A DNA stretch of 64,000 nucleotides from an uncultured Actinomycetota bacterium (GTDB taxonomy: Bacteria > Actinomycetota > Thermoleophilia > RBG-16-64-13): assembly GCA_963790415.1 (NCBI GenBank), contig CAWBOK010000001.1:770545-834544 (forward strand). The letters run 5' to 3'. The notes beneath the pieces were generated by a model. The model was not told the origin of the DNA. It ran no database searches and saw nothing but the letters and a program-made list of their open reading frames with translations. The translations under genes were made by a program, and so were the position numbers. Positions 38,002 to 46,735 of the stretch are shown here, one piece after another. Each line of letters starts with the position of its first letter. Positions within the stretch are counted from its first letter, which is position 1.

Positions 38002-38376
38002 CTAACTCCGCGGCTCGTAGGCCTTCCCCGGCGTCGCGCCCAGCGCCAGCACCGTCAGACCGTCGGCACCGGGAACCAGCTTGCGCTTCGTGTCGTGCGG
38101 CACCCGGACAAGCGTGCCCGGCGCGAGCGGCCATTGTTGATCGCCTGCCACGAGCGTGCCGCCCCCGTCCAGGACGACATAGATCTCTTCCTGGCCATCG
38201 CCGGCGTGGTCGTGCTCGGGGTAGGCGGAGCAACCCGCCTCGAGTTCGAGGATGTTCATCCCCAAACCGGCAACGCCAAGTTCGCGCCCGGCCTGGAGAA
38301 ACTTGATGCCCGGTATGGAGTGCGGACCCGTGTAAGAATCGAGATCGCCGATTCGTGTGACCGTGATGTCGCTCAT
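38002..38376 (-). CDS. cupin-domain protein
   Basis: 124 aa. YPEHDHAGDGQEEIYVVLDGGGTL...PGTLVRVP is a cupin metal-site pattern. Confidence 0.75.
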   Translation of the reverse strand: MSDITVTRIGDLDSYTGPHSIPGIKFLQAGRELGVAGLGMNILELEAGCSAYPEHDHAGDGQEEIYVVLDGGGTLVAGDQQWPLAPGTLVRVPHDTKRKLVPGADGLTVLALGATPGKAYEPRS

Positions 38377-38553
38377 AGCGCGCCTCTCCTGATTTGGCGG
38401 GTTCCTGCCATTCTTCTCATCATACCGGCTGAACCTGCCGTGTGCTCCACGAAACGCGGAGCTGTAACCCTCGGCGACGTAGGTCTTCCCCTTACCTGAT
38501 TTTCACGCCGCACGAGCGCGCGCTTGACAGTTCGGAACCGCGACCCGGCCGAC

Positions 38554-39831
38554 TCAGAACCGCGCGAAATCCTCGATATCCTCTTCGAACTCGCGCACCA
38601 TCCCCCGGGAGAGCGTCGGCCGCACCTCCGAGATAGCACGCAGGAAGTCCTCGGTATCCGCGATTGCCCCCGATTCCCCGAACACGGCCCGCTCGAACGC
38701 GAACTGAGCCGCCTTGCGGGCGGCGAACTCCATGTCGGCCGGGGTGAAGAGTGCGCTGGCTTCTACCAGAGCGTCGAGATCGACCTCGGCGGCGGTGATG
38801 CCCTCGACGTAGCGTTCCCATATCGACCGGCGCGCCTGGTCATCGGGGGGACCGATCGGCAACAGGTGGTCGAACCGGCCGGGCCGCAGGAACGCCGAGT
38901 CCAGGGTGCGGATCGAGTTCGTAGCGCAGATGAGAAGCCGGTTCGGGTGGCCCCGGAAGACCGGGATCGCCTTCAGCAACTCGTTCGTCACCGCTTGGGA
39001 GACGGGCGCGTCGTCGCGGCTCTGGGCGATCTCCTCCACCTCGTCGATGAACACCACGGCGGCGTCGATCTCGGCCAGACGGTGGAAGAACATCCGCAGT
39101 TCATGGGCCTGCCCGTCCCGCCCTCCGGCGGCAAGCCGGCTGGGGAAGAGTTCGATGAACGGCCAGTCCAAACGAGAAGCGATCCCCTTGGCAAATGTCG
39201 TCTTGCCGGTCCCCGGCGGTCCGAAGAGCACGATGGCCTTGGGCGGCTGGACGCCGTGATGCTCGGCGAGGCCGGGTTTCGCGAGGGGCAGGATGATCCG
39301 GCGCTCGATGAGCTGCTTCTCGCGGTCCATCCCTTTGAGCCGGTCCCACAGGCCGGTCGGCATCCGCTGCCCACCCAACTCGGCGAGAAGGTTGAGCTCG
39401 GCCGGTCTGGCGGGGAGGAACCGTTCGAAGTAGCTGACCTCGGGGCGGATGGTGAACCCATGGTCCAAGAAGAGCTGTTCCTCGACTTCTCCAGGTGGGA
39501 ACACGGCCGTGGTTTGCCGGACGCCCTTGTCGAGCAGCTCGCGATGGATGGCGTCGAGCAGACTGCTCCTCACCCCCCGCCGGCGCCAGGCCGGCGAGAC
39601 TGCCAGACGGAGGATCCACGCCCGGTCGCCGCTGACACGGCTGACCACAGTGCCGATCACCTGCCCCTCCACCACGGCCACCAGGGCCGGTTCGGCGGCG
39701 AGGATGGCGGCCACGACCTCCGCTATCCGAAAGAGCGGCGCCGATCCCTCGACGGTGGCTTCTTCCCATAGGTGCACTGCCTGATCTAAGTCGCTATCCT
39801 CAAAATCACGTATCTGCCAGATGGGTCGCAT
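38554..39831 (-). CDS. GNAT acetyltransferase - AAA+ ATPase fusion protein
   Basis: ATG at 39831. N-terminal GNAT (IRDFEDSDLDQAVHLWE...LAVSPAWRRRGV). C-terminal AAA+ domain with Walker A GPPGTGKT, Walker B VVFIDEVE and RPGRFD. Confidence 0.8.
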   Translation of the reverse strand: MRPIWQIRDFEDSDLDQAVHLWEEATVEGSAPLFRIAEVVAAILAAEPALVAVVEGQVIGTVVSRVSGDRAWILRLAVSPAWRRRGVRSSLLDAIHRELLDKGVRQTTAVFPPGEVEEQLFLDHGFTIRPEVSYFERFLPARPAELNLLAELGGQRMPTGLWDRLKGMDREKQLIERRIILPLAKPGLAEHHGVQPPKAIVLFGPPGTGKTTFAKGIASRLDWPFIELFPSRLAAGGRDGQAHELRMFFHRLAEIDAAVVFIDEVEEIAQSRDDAPVSQAVTNELLKAIPVFRGHPNRLLICATNSIRTLDSAFLRPGRFDHLLPIGPPDDQARRSIWERYVEGITAAEVDLDALVEASALFTPADMEFAARKAAQFAFERAVFGESGAIADTEDFLRAISEVRPTLSRGMVREFEEDIEDFARF

Positions 39832-39840
39832 GAGGGCCCC

Positions 39841-40011
39841 CTTAGGAGGCTGTTGAAGATCGAAGCCTTGGCCGCCAGAAGGCACTGGCCGGCGCGATAC
39901 GGTGTCCTCGGTCGCGCACGTAGCGCTGCTACGAGCTATCCTTGCGTCCTTGTCTCACGCTCAGCGCAAGCGCCCTGGTGGCGAAGCGCCATTCTTCAAC
40001 AGCCTGTTAGG
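39841..40011. repeat. MITE/REP-like element with imperfect terminal inverted repeats
   Basis: Left end TTAGGAGGCTGTTGAAGATCGAAGCCTTGGCCGCCAG. The right end reverse-complements to CCTAACAGGCTGTTGAAGAATGGCGCTTCGCCACCAG, sharing a 13-nt core AGGCTGTTGAAGA. The left 96 nt are repeated in inverted orientation at 40426-40520. Confidence 0.5.
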
Positions 40012-40201
40012 TCTGCTTCGTCGGCAAGCGGGGCAGTCTACCCCTTGGGGACGGCGGAGACCAATTCCGGGCCGGCGGCGTGCCACGGGCGGTCACGGGT
40101 GTGCGATACAATGCGACCGATTCACGGCAGCATCGTGATCGCCGCACGTGCATCGGGCGCCGCCGTGATAGTCGGCCCGGAATACGACGGAAGGGAGAAC
40201 C

Positions 40202-40354
40202 GTGGCAACGACCATCTACAAGAGCGGCGAGAAGCCCGGTGAGGGTGTCTACCGCTGCACAGCGTGCGGGCGGCGGGTCACGCTTCACGACGACGACGAG
40301 CCGCTCCCCCTCTGCGTGCAGTGCAGAGCGGACACCTGGATGAAGGTGAAGTAG
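40202..40354 (+). CDS. small zinc-ribbon protein (50 aa)
   Basis: GTG after GGAAGGGAGAA. VATTIYKSGEKPGEGVYRCTACGRRVTLHDDDEPLPLCVQCRADTWMKVK has two CxxC pairs. Too short for the ORF track. Confidence 0.5.
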   Translation: MATTIYKSGEKPGEGVYRCTACGRRVTLHDDDEPLPLCVQCRADTWMKVK

Positions 40355-40425
40355 AGCACGACTCCGCGCGCGCGGCCGACGACACTCTACTGTCCACCGC
40401 GAGCGAGCCAACACCGCCGCCCGCC

Positions 40426-40520
40426 GCTCGTAGCAACGCTACGCGCGAGACCGAGGACGCCGTATCGCGCCGGCCAGTGCGTTCTGGGAGCCAAGGCTTC
40501 GGTTATCAGCAGCCTCCTAG
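40426..40520. repeat. inverted copy of the left arm of the 39841-40011 element
   Basis: Hand alignment to the reverse complement of 39841-39936: 84 of 96 positions identical, including a 21-nt exact run CCGTATCGCGCCGGCCAGTGC. Confidence 0.6.
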
Positions 40521-40699
40521 TGCGTCAGCCATGAGATGAAGAAGTACAGGATCACACCGATGATGACGATCACAGTGCCGTACAATGCGATCGGTCCCAC
40601 GCAGCAGCCTGTCAACTGGTTCCGAGACTCCAACCAGGGCCAGGTCATTACCCGCCACGCGGGCCAATCCTGTTCGCGGTGCTGCTTTTCTTCGTTCAT
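40517..40699 (-). CDS. small membrane protein (about 60 aa)
   Basis: MNEEKQHREQDWPAWRV...GPIALYGTVIVIIGVILYFFISWLTH has a clear C-terminal TM helix. The competing plus-strand ORF 40536..40919 looks like its antisense shadow. Confidence 0.35.
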   Translation of the reverse strand: MNEEKQHREQDWPAWRVMTWPWLESRNQLTGCCVGPIALYGTVIVIIGVILYFFISWLTH

Positions 40700-40779
40700 G
40701 GGCCCAGTGAATGTCATCGGCTCTGGCAGGTCAGATTGCCCACATCGGAGGGCGTCAACCCGACGTGGCACCACCGGAG

Positions 40780-41397
40780 TCACCTCAAAGGATCCAGGGC
40801 GCGTGCGAGACCGACGAGTATCCCGGCGGTGGCTCCCCAAATACGGCGGCCCGGGTAGGGCAGGACGTAGAAGGTATGGAACTCGCCATCCCGAACGATG
40901 CTTTTGCGCTGATGGTTAGCCGGGTCGAGCACGAAACTCAGCGGCACTTGAAAGACGGAAGCCACCTCACGCGTTTCGAGCACGAACGCGACCGGCGGTT
41001 CGATCCAGCCCACGAACGGGAACACGAGGAAACCCGTGACGGTCTCGTAGGCAGGTAGGCACCCCAAGAGTTCCACCCTTTCTGGAGCCAGGCCGATCTC
41101 CTCAAAGGCCTCGCGCAGCGCCGCGGCCGCCGGCCCGGCATCACCTGCTTCGATCCGGCCTCCGGGCAGGCTGATCTCGGCCGCGTGGTCCTTCAGGTGA
41201 GCGGCCCGCTCGGTCAGGATGACGTGCGGACCTCCTGGGTGCGCAAGCAGCCCGATGAGGACGGCCGCGGGAATCCCCGCCAGAGACGACCCTGCACGCT
41301 CGGCCGGCCCGCACGCCGTCTGCAGCCGAACGCGCACCTCCTCACGGTTCACCGGCCGACTTCCAGATCGGCGCGGAACTCTGCCTTCGTGCATCAT
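40780..41397 (-). CDS. NUDIX hydrolase, CoA pyrophosphatase type
   Basis: Nudix box GGRIEAGDAGPAAAALREAFEEIGL, plus AAVLIGL...HVILTERAAHLKDHAAEISLPGG typical of the NudL/PCD1 group. Confidence 0.75.
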   Translation of the reverse strand: MMHEGRVPRRSGSRPVNREEVRVRLQTACGPAERAGSSLAGIPAAVLIGLLAHPGGPHVILTERAAHLKDHAAEISLPGGRIEAGDAGPAAAALREAFEEIGLAPERVELLGCLPAYETVTGFLVFPFVGWIEPPVAFVLETREVASVFQVPLSFVLDPANHQRKSIVRDGEFHTFYVLPYPGRRIWGATAGILVGLARALDPLR

Positions 41398-41493
41398 GGG
41401 CTAGAGGATAGCAAGCAGCAGCCTGTGCGGGGCTTCATACACCGCTCGAAGGGGAAGAATAGTAGTGCAACAAGATCAGAAACGGGGGACGCA

Positions 41494-41907
41494 ATGCTTG
41501 CCAAGTCCATGTTCTATCCCACGCTCCCGGCCTCGGACCTCGAACGGGCAAAACGCTTCTACGGCGATACGCTCGGCTTCCGCCTGATAGAGGGCACGGG
41601 GGATTCCGGCGGCGTGTTTTATCGCGTCGGCGATCAGGTTCTGTTCGTGTACAAGACAGCCACGCCGCGGGGTGGCAACACCGCACTCTCGTTCGTGGTC
41701 GATGACCTCGACGCCGAGATGACGGAGCTGCGCGCCAAGGGCGTCACGTTCGAGGAATACGACATGCCCGGTCTGAAAACCCAGAACGGCGTGGTCGAGT
41801 TCGATGGCATGCGGGGCGCGTGGTTCAAGGATTCAGAAGACAACATCCTGAGCATCCAGCAACCGTCGGCCGAGCAGGCCCGAGTGATGCGGGAAGCCTT
41901 GAAGTAG
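41494..41907 (+). CDS. VOC/glyoxalase family protein
   Basis: ATG at 41494. FYPTLPASDLERAKRFYGDTLGFRL...AWFKDSEDNILSI. Confidence 0.75.
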   Translation: MLAKSMFYPTLPASDLERAKRFYGDTLGFRLIEGTGDSGGVFYRVGDQVLFVYKTATPRGGNTALSFVVDDLDAEMTELRAKGVTFEEYDMPGLKTQNGVVEFDGMRGAWFKDSEDNILSIQQPSAEQARVMREALK

Positions 41908-41960
41908 GCTTCGCAGAGATCGTCAAGGTCGGCGAGCACTCACTGCACGCCGTCATGCCC

Positions 41961-41992
41961 CGCTCCGACGCCCCGCCCAAGGCGTCGGAGCG
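41961..41992. terminator. bidirectional terminator hairpin
   Basis: 12-bp stem CGCTCCGACGCC/GGCGTCGGAGCG with an 8-nt loop, between convergent genes. Confidence 0.65.
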
Positions 41993-41997
41993 CTTGG

Positions 41998-42029
41998 GGC
42001 CAAGGCTTCTTTCTTCACCAGCCTCCTAA
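41998..42029. repeat. 32-nt dispersed repeat copy
   Basis: GGCCAAGGCTTCTTTCTTCACCAGCCTCCTAA. Its last bases contain the TAG stop of the FMN reductase gene on the opposite strand. Confidence 0.5.
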
Positions 42030-42583
42030 CGCCCTCGCAGAAGCAGGGTCCATTCCCAAAGCGCAGCCATCAGGGAGCCTATCTGCTCGCGGTATCGTTC
42101 ATTGATCAAACGCCCGTGCTCGTCGAACTGACTGCGGGCGTCGGCGATGTACACCTGCGGATCCACCATCACCTGCATCCTGGTGAACACGGCTACCTGG
42201 CGCAGGTGCAGCTGAGCGCGGGCCGTACCCATACGTCCTCCGGCCCCGAGAAGAGCCACCGGCTTGTCTTTCAACGGCGAGCTGTCAGCCGGGCGCGACG
42301 CCCAGTCGATGGCGTTCTTGAGGACCCCGGCGATCGAGTAGTTGTACTCCGGTGTGGCGATGAGCAGCGCATCGGCCCGGGCGATCCTCTCCTTGAAATC
42401 GACCACCCCCAGGGGAGGCCCCGCCGTCTCCACGTCGGCGTTGTAGAGCGGGATGGGCGCAAGGTCGAAGACCTCGACCTCCATGCCCTCCGGGGCCAGC
42501 TCCGCCGCAACGTACAAGGCCGCCTTGTTGTACGACCCGCGCCGGAGACTACCGGCAAAGGCCAGCACGCGCACGGACGTCAC
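42026..42583 (-). CDS. NADPH-dependent FMN reductase
   Basis: GTG start after GGGGGAGGTGAGGAGG. VRVLAFAGSLRRGSYNKAAL...LLIATPEYNYSIAGVLKNAIDWASR. Confidence 0.75.
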   Translation of the reverse strand: MTSVRVLAFAGSLRRGSYNKAALYVAAELAPEGMEVEVFDLAPIPLYNADVETAGPPLGVVDFKERIARADALLIATPEYNYSIAGVLKNAIDWASRPADSSPLKDKPVALLGAGGRMGTARAQLHLRQVAVFTRMQVMVDPQVYIADARSQFDEHGRLINERYREQIGSLMAALWEWTLLLRGR

Positions 42584-42590
42584 CACCTCC

Positions 42591-43070
42591 TCACCTCCCC
42601 CTACTCTTCGCACGATCGATATCTGCCGCTCTCTCGAGCGCCGCCACCTTCGCGAGTCTGCGCAGGTGCCTCTCCCCGCCTATGAAGCGGGCTCCAAGAA
42701 AGGCCTGGACGAACTCCCAGGCCAGGTAGGAGCCCAGTACGCGCCCCCCGAGGCACATGATGTTCATGTCATCGTCTTCCACTCCCTGGTGCGCGGAGAA
42801 CACATCGTGGATGAGCGCGGCGCGCACCCCAGACACCTTGTTGGCGGCAACGCAGGCGCCCACCCCGCTACCGCACACGGCAAGCCCGCGCTCCACCTGG
42901 CCCGCGGCCACCGCCCGCGCCAGAGGGATCACGTAGTCGGGATAGTCATCGGAAGGCTCGTTACGAAACGCGCCCATATCCACTATCTCGTGCCCGGCCT
43001 CACGCAGTCTCAAGACCAGCTGCTCCTTCAGTTCGAAGCCACCATGGTCGGCAGCTATTCCCACGCGCAC
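42591..43070 (-). CDS. rpiB: ribose-5-phosphate isomerase B
   Basis: GTG start giving MRVGIAADHGGFELKEQL...GLAVCGSGVGACVAANKVSGVRAAL...GGRV. This is the RpiB/LacAB signature. Confidence 0.8.
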   Translation of the reverse strand: MRVGIAADHGGFELKEQLVLRLREAGHEIVDMGAFRNEPSDDYPDYVIPLARAVAAGQVERGLAVCGSGVGACVAANKVSGVRAALIHDVFSAHQGVEDDDMNIMCLGGRVLGSYLAWEFVQAFLGARFIGGERHLRRLAKVAALERAADIDRAKSRGR

Positions 43071-43720
43071 GATGTTCCACCCAGCAACCGCACGTGCGCC
43101 TCCACCGGTTCTCCCGCGTTGACGGGGAGGAGGTCCTGAGGGCATGCGGAGAAAACCAAGACGCAATCGCACTCGGCCCTGAGAGTGACGTAGTCACCCG
43201 GCGCGGAGACCGGGGCTCGGAACTCGAGACGTCGTCCGTCGACCGCCGGTGTGTTCATGAAGAGGTTCCAGGGGCTCGGGGTCTCCGGCACTGTGAGACC
43301 GATCTCGGCCAGAGCGGCGGCCAGGTTGTCGGTGCAGTTCTCGTGGTGCGTGGTGCAGCCGAGCTGCTCGTAGCGGTACCGGTCGCACGCCGCGATCAGG
43401 GTGTCGTGAACGCCGGGTGACGAGTCCTCCAGCAGTGTGATGATCGGACGCCGGCGATTGGTCACGAGGCTCTGGCCCACACTGACGGACAGACTGAAGA
43501 GCGCGGCCCGAGTATGCTCCATGGACATGTGCTCGGTCAGATCCGGGTCGCAGAAGGCCCAGGTGTCCACGACCTGATGACCATGCGTGTTGATGACCTG
43601 CAGCGCTCGGCCCGAGCGGAGGCGGATCGCCAGACCCCGCCGCGCCGGGATCGTCAGCAAGCCGGTCTCAGGCACAGTGACTCTCCTTTGTTCGAGCGGC
43701 CGATATGGCCTCCGCAGCAC
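43055..43720 (-). CDS. DUF1989 (urea-carboxylase-associated) family protein
   Basis: 221 aa. LQVINTHGHQVVDTWAF...HMSMEHTR...CTDNLAAALAE...NLFMNTP...GDYVTLRAECDCVLVFSACPQD. Confidence 0.7.
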   Translation of the reverse strand: MLRRPYRPLEQRRVTVPETGLLTIPARRGLAIRLRSGRALQVINTHGHQVVDTWAFCDPDLTEHMSMEHTRAALFSLSVSVGQSLVTNRRRPIITLLEDSSPGVHDTLIAACDRYRYEQLGCTTHHENCTDNLAAALAEIGLTVPETPSPWNLFMNTPAVDGRRLEFRAPVSAPGDYVTLRAECDCVLVFSACPQDLLPVNAGEPVEAHVRLLGGTSCAWE

Positions 43721-43856
43721 TCTTCCCCTTCCAGAGCTCGGTCAACCCGGGTGGGCAAACGATGGCAACGCACCATCGCGTGGATCCCGATCGTACGGGA
43801 GGTGGAGTATGGTGGCCCTCAAGTTCGGCGCTGGGACATGCGGAGAAGGGGGAGAC

Positions 43857-44261
43857 ATGAACGACGCAGTTCGCCTTAGGTACCTTCGGATCGCGCTGAT
43901 CGTGATCGGCGCGCTCTCGGTGGTGGGGATCTACCCGCTCATGCGCATCTGGCCGTCCGGGTTTGCGTGGCATACGGGCTCGTACTCGGACTATGCGCTC
44001 ATGATCGTCGGAATCTACGCCACGTTGGGCGTGTTTCTGATTCTGGCCGCCCGGGACCCTCTGGCCAATCTCAGTCTCATCTGGTTCGCGGTCTGGTCGA
44101 GTGTCGTACATGGCTGCATCATGGCAGCGCAGGCGCTTGCGCACACCGGCAATGTCGGCCACCTTGCGGGTGACGTGCCCTTACTGTTCATCGTGGCGGC
44201 CGTGCTGGCGATCCTTACCCCGCGTGGTGCGAGGGCCAGAGCACTGCGAGGCCGGACGTAG
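43857..44261 (+). CDS. hypothetical 4-TM membrane protein
   Basis: ATG at 43857 after GGGGGAG. Hydrophobic segments IALIVIGALSVVGIYPL, YALMIVGIYATLGVFLILAA, LIWFAVWSSVVHGCIMAA. Confidence 0.5.
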   Translation: MNDAVRLRYLRIALIVIGALSVVGIYPLMRIWPSGFAWHTGSYSDYALMIVGIYATLGVFLILAARDPLANLSLIWFAVWSSVVHGCIMAAQALAHTGNVGHLAGDVPLLFIVAAVLAILTPRGARARALRGRT

Positions 44262-44393
44262 CCTGATATGCCGCGGGGGCCTTCTACCGGCGTGGCGCCG
44301 GTTCAAAGAGGCACAACGGGATCCCGTCCGGGTCGAGGATCATGCCCCAGAAGCCGATTCGTGGGCCCCAGCCGGAGGCGCACCCTGGTGAGA

Positions 44394-45863
44394 TTACGCC
44401 GCATGCTCGCCCGGCAAGGGCAGAAGAACTTGAAAGAGCGAGCCGCCGTCGGGCCGCTGGGCCACGTTCACCGACCCGCCGTGAGCCGCTGCTATGGCCG
44501 CCACGATGGACAGCCCCAGCCCGGTCCCACCGGCTTCGCGACCGCGGCCGGGATCCGACCGATAGAACGGCTCGAACACACGCTCGGCCTCGTCGCCGGA
44601 CAGGCCGTCGCCCCGGTCGGCCACGCTGAGCACGGCCATGCCGTCCTCTGCCGCGACGGTCACCTCTACCGGGCTCCCCGCCGGCGTGTGGATCAGAGCG
44701 TTGGCGAGCAGATTCGACGCGACCTGGCGCAGCCGATCCCCGTCGCCCATCACGATCACCGGACCTGACGGCCTCAGCGATATGGGGCGGGCGGGGTCGG
44801 CAGCACAGGCGTCATGGACGGCGTCGGCCGCGATACCCGCCAGGTCCACGGGGGCGACGGCGAGCGGACGCGGCTGGTCGAGTCGCGCCAGCATCAGCAT
44901 GTCCTCGACCAACACGCCCATGCGGGCTGACTCCTGCTCGATCCGCCGCATCGAGGACGCCAGATCCTCAGGACGCTGCCCAGCACCGCGACGGAAGAGT
45001 TCCGCGTATCCTCGAATGGACGTGAGGGGTGTGCGGAGTTCGTGAGAGGCGTCCGCCAGGAAGCGCCTCAACCGCTCCTCTGAGGCCAGCCGGTCGGCAA
45101 ACGCCCGCTCGATCTGGGCCAGCATCGCGTTGAGTGACAGTCCCAACCGGCCGACCTCGGTCCGCGGATCGGTGACCTCCACCCGCCGCGACAGATCTCC
45201 GTCCGCGATGGCAGCGGCGGTGACGCCCATCCGATCGAGCGGCCGGAGACCTCGGCGCACGATCCACCAGGACAGGACAGCCAGACCGAGCAACACCCCG
45301 ACCGTTGCGGGAAACTCGATCCAGAGCAGCCGGTCGAGCGTCCGGGAGACCTCGGTCAAGGGGACCGCGACGATCACCGTCCCCGAGGCACCGCGCGCAG
45401 GCACGGCCAAGACGCGATATTGCATCGACGAGCCCCCGCTCGCGCCCACGGTGAAGGCCTGAGACTGTTGCGCGTCGGCGGCGGCAACCGGGATCTCACT
45501 GGGCAACGCAGGCGTGGCCACCGAGGTATCGCTGTAGGTGAACTGCACTCGGTTCACGACCGTGCCGTCGAGGCCGCGGACTTCGCCGTAGGTGCCGGGA
45601 GGAAGCAATGCCGGAGGCGCCCCTGGAGGCGTTTGGAATGGAGAGATCTGTCCCGTAGCCGGCGGGCCGGAGGAGGACGTCGCCCCTTGGTCGGTGGACC
45701 CCAGCAGGGAGCGCGAGACGGGCCCCACGGCTTCCTGCAGCTGCTGATCCACGCGGACCAGGAGAAAGGACCGCAACGACGCATACATCACGGAATCGGA
45801 GACCAGGAGGCCCACGGCTACCAGACCGACGACCACGAGGGCGAGACGCAGGCGCAGAGACAC
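44394..45863 (-). CDS. sensor histidine kinase (TM-HAMP-HisKA-HATPase)
   Basis: 489 aa. H-box FLADASHELRTPLTSIRG, N/G boxes NLLANALIHTP, DRGDGL, GTGLGLSIV. Confidence 0.85.
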   Translation of the reverse strand: MSLRLRLALVVVGLVAVGLLVSDSVMYASLRSFLLVRVDQQLQEAVGPVSRSLLGSTDQGATSSSGPPATGQISPFQTPPGAPPALLPPGTYGEVRGLDGTVVNRVQFTYSDTSVATPALPSEIPVAAADAQQSQAFTVGASGGSSMQYRVLAVPARGASGTVIVAVPLTEVSRTLDRLLWIEFPATVGVLLGLAVLSWWIVRRGLRPLDRMGVTAAAIADGDLSRRVEVTDPRTEVGRLGLSLNAMLAQIERAFADRLASEERLRRFLADASHELRTPLTSIRGYAELFRRGAGQRPEDLASSMRRIEQESARMGVLVEDMLMLARLDQPRPLAVAPVDLAGIAADAVHDACAADPARPISLRPSGPVIVMGDGDRLRQVASNLLANALIHTPAGSPVEVTVAAEDGMAVLSVADRGDGLSGDEAERVFEPFYRSDPGRGREAGGTGLGLSIVAAIAAAHGGSVNVAQRPDGGSLFQVLLPLPGEHAA

Positions 45864-45866
45864 GGC

Positions 45867-46559
45867 CTACTCCCGGGGCAGACGGAGACAGTAGCCGACT
45901 CCGCGCACCGTGTGGAGGAGCGGCGGACCCGTGCCGTCCAGCTTCTTGCGCAGGTAGCTCACGTACGTCTCCACCACGTTGGCGTCGCCGCCGAAGTCGT
46001 AGTTCCATATGCGATCCAGGATCTGCGTCTTCGAGAGTACCCGGCGCGGGTTGAGCATGAAGTAGTGCAGGAGCCTGAACTCGGTGGGGGTCAGCTCCAG
46101 CGGAGACTCTCCCCGCCAGACCTCGTGGGTCTCCTCGTCGAGTTCGAGATCGGCGAAGGTCAGGCGCTCCTCCGACTGTTCACTCTGTCCGGAGCGCCGC
46201 AGGATCGCCCGGATGCGCGCGATGAGCTCCTCCAAGCTGAAGGGCTTGGTGACGTAGTCGTCGCCGCCTCCCGTCAGCCCCCTCACCTTGTCTTCGACCG
46301 CATCTCGAGCTGTAAGGAAGAGGATCGGCGCCCGCGACCCCCGGGCCTCGAGTTCCCGCGCCACAGCGAAGCCGTCCTTGTCGGGGAGCATGATGTCCAG
46401 CACGATCAGGTGAGGGCGAAACGTATCCGCGACCGTCAGGGCGCTTCCGCCCGAGTCGGCGACCGCTACCTCGAAGGACTCGTAGCGGAGCGCCATCGTG
46501 AGCAGGTCGGTGATGTTGGGCTCGTCGTCTACTACCAAGATGCGTGCGGGCTCGGACAT
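45867..46559 (-). CDS. OmpR/PhoB-family response regulator
   Basis: 230 aa. ILVVDDEPNI...DIMLPDKDGF receiver domain and a winged-helix C-terminus (TPTEFRLLHYFMLNPRRVLSKTQILDRIW). Confidence 0.9.
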   Translation of the reverse strand: MSEPARILVVDDEPNITDLLTMALRYESFEVAVADSGGSALTVADTFRPHLIVLDIMLPDKDGFAVARELEARGSRAPILFLTARDAVEDKVRGLTGGGDDYVTKPFSLEELIARIRAILRRSGQSEQSEERLTFADLELDEETHEVWRGESPLELTPTEFRLLHYFMLNPRRVLSKTQILDRIWNYDFGGDANVVETYVSYLRKKLDGTGPPLLHTVRGVGYCLRLPRE

Positions 46560-46598
46560 GCTTCACCCCTTTGTCTTTTTGCATTGTACCGGGGGAAG

Positions 46599-46631
46599 CT
46601 GTGGGAATCCTGTGAGTATGCTGTGAACCCT
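46599..46631. promoter_or_regulatory. three 11-bp-phased direct repeats (candidate OmpR-family binding site) at the regulator's own promoter
   Basis: CTGTGGGAATC / CTGTGAGTATG / CTGTGAACCCT starting at 46599, 46610 and 46621. A TACAAT-like -10 (plus-strand attgta, 46583-46588) lies between the repeats and the ATG at 46559. Confidence 0.45.
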
Positions 46632-46735
46632 CGCAAGACAGATTCCCGGGCCGCGCCAAGGACACGCCGCGAGGGGCGCCTGTCGGCGCCCCTCGCAGGA
46701 GACCGGGTGGCCCGGTGGCCTCATCGCGCCGCGGC

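Noticed and set aside
40536-40919. 127-aa plus-strand ORF starting just after the repeat copy
   Set aside because: Its first third is the antisense of a clean TM helix encoded on the minus strand, giving a K/Y/N/T-rich composition. Its last third overlaps the well-supported NUDIX gene.
40983-41000. GGCGGTTCGATCCAGCC, a T-arm-like GGTTCGATCC string
   Set aside because: It lies inside the NUDIX CDS. No matching acceptor, D or anticodon stems can be drawn. I found no tRNA in the window.
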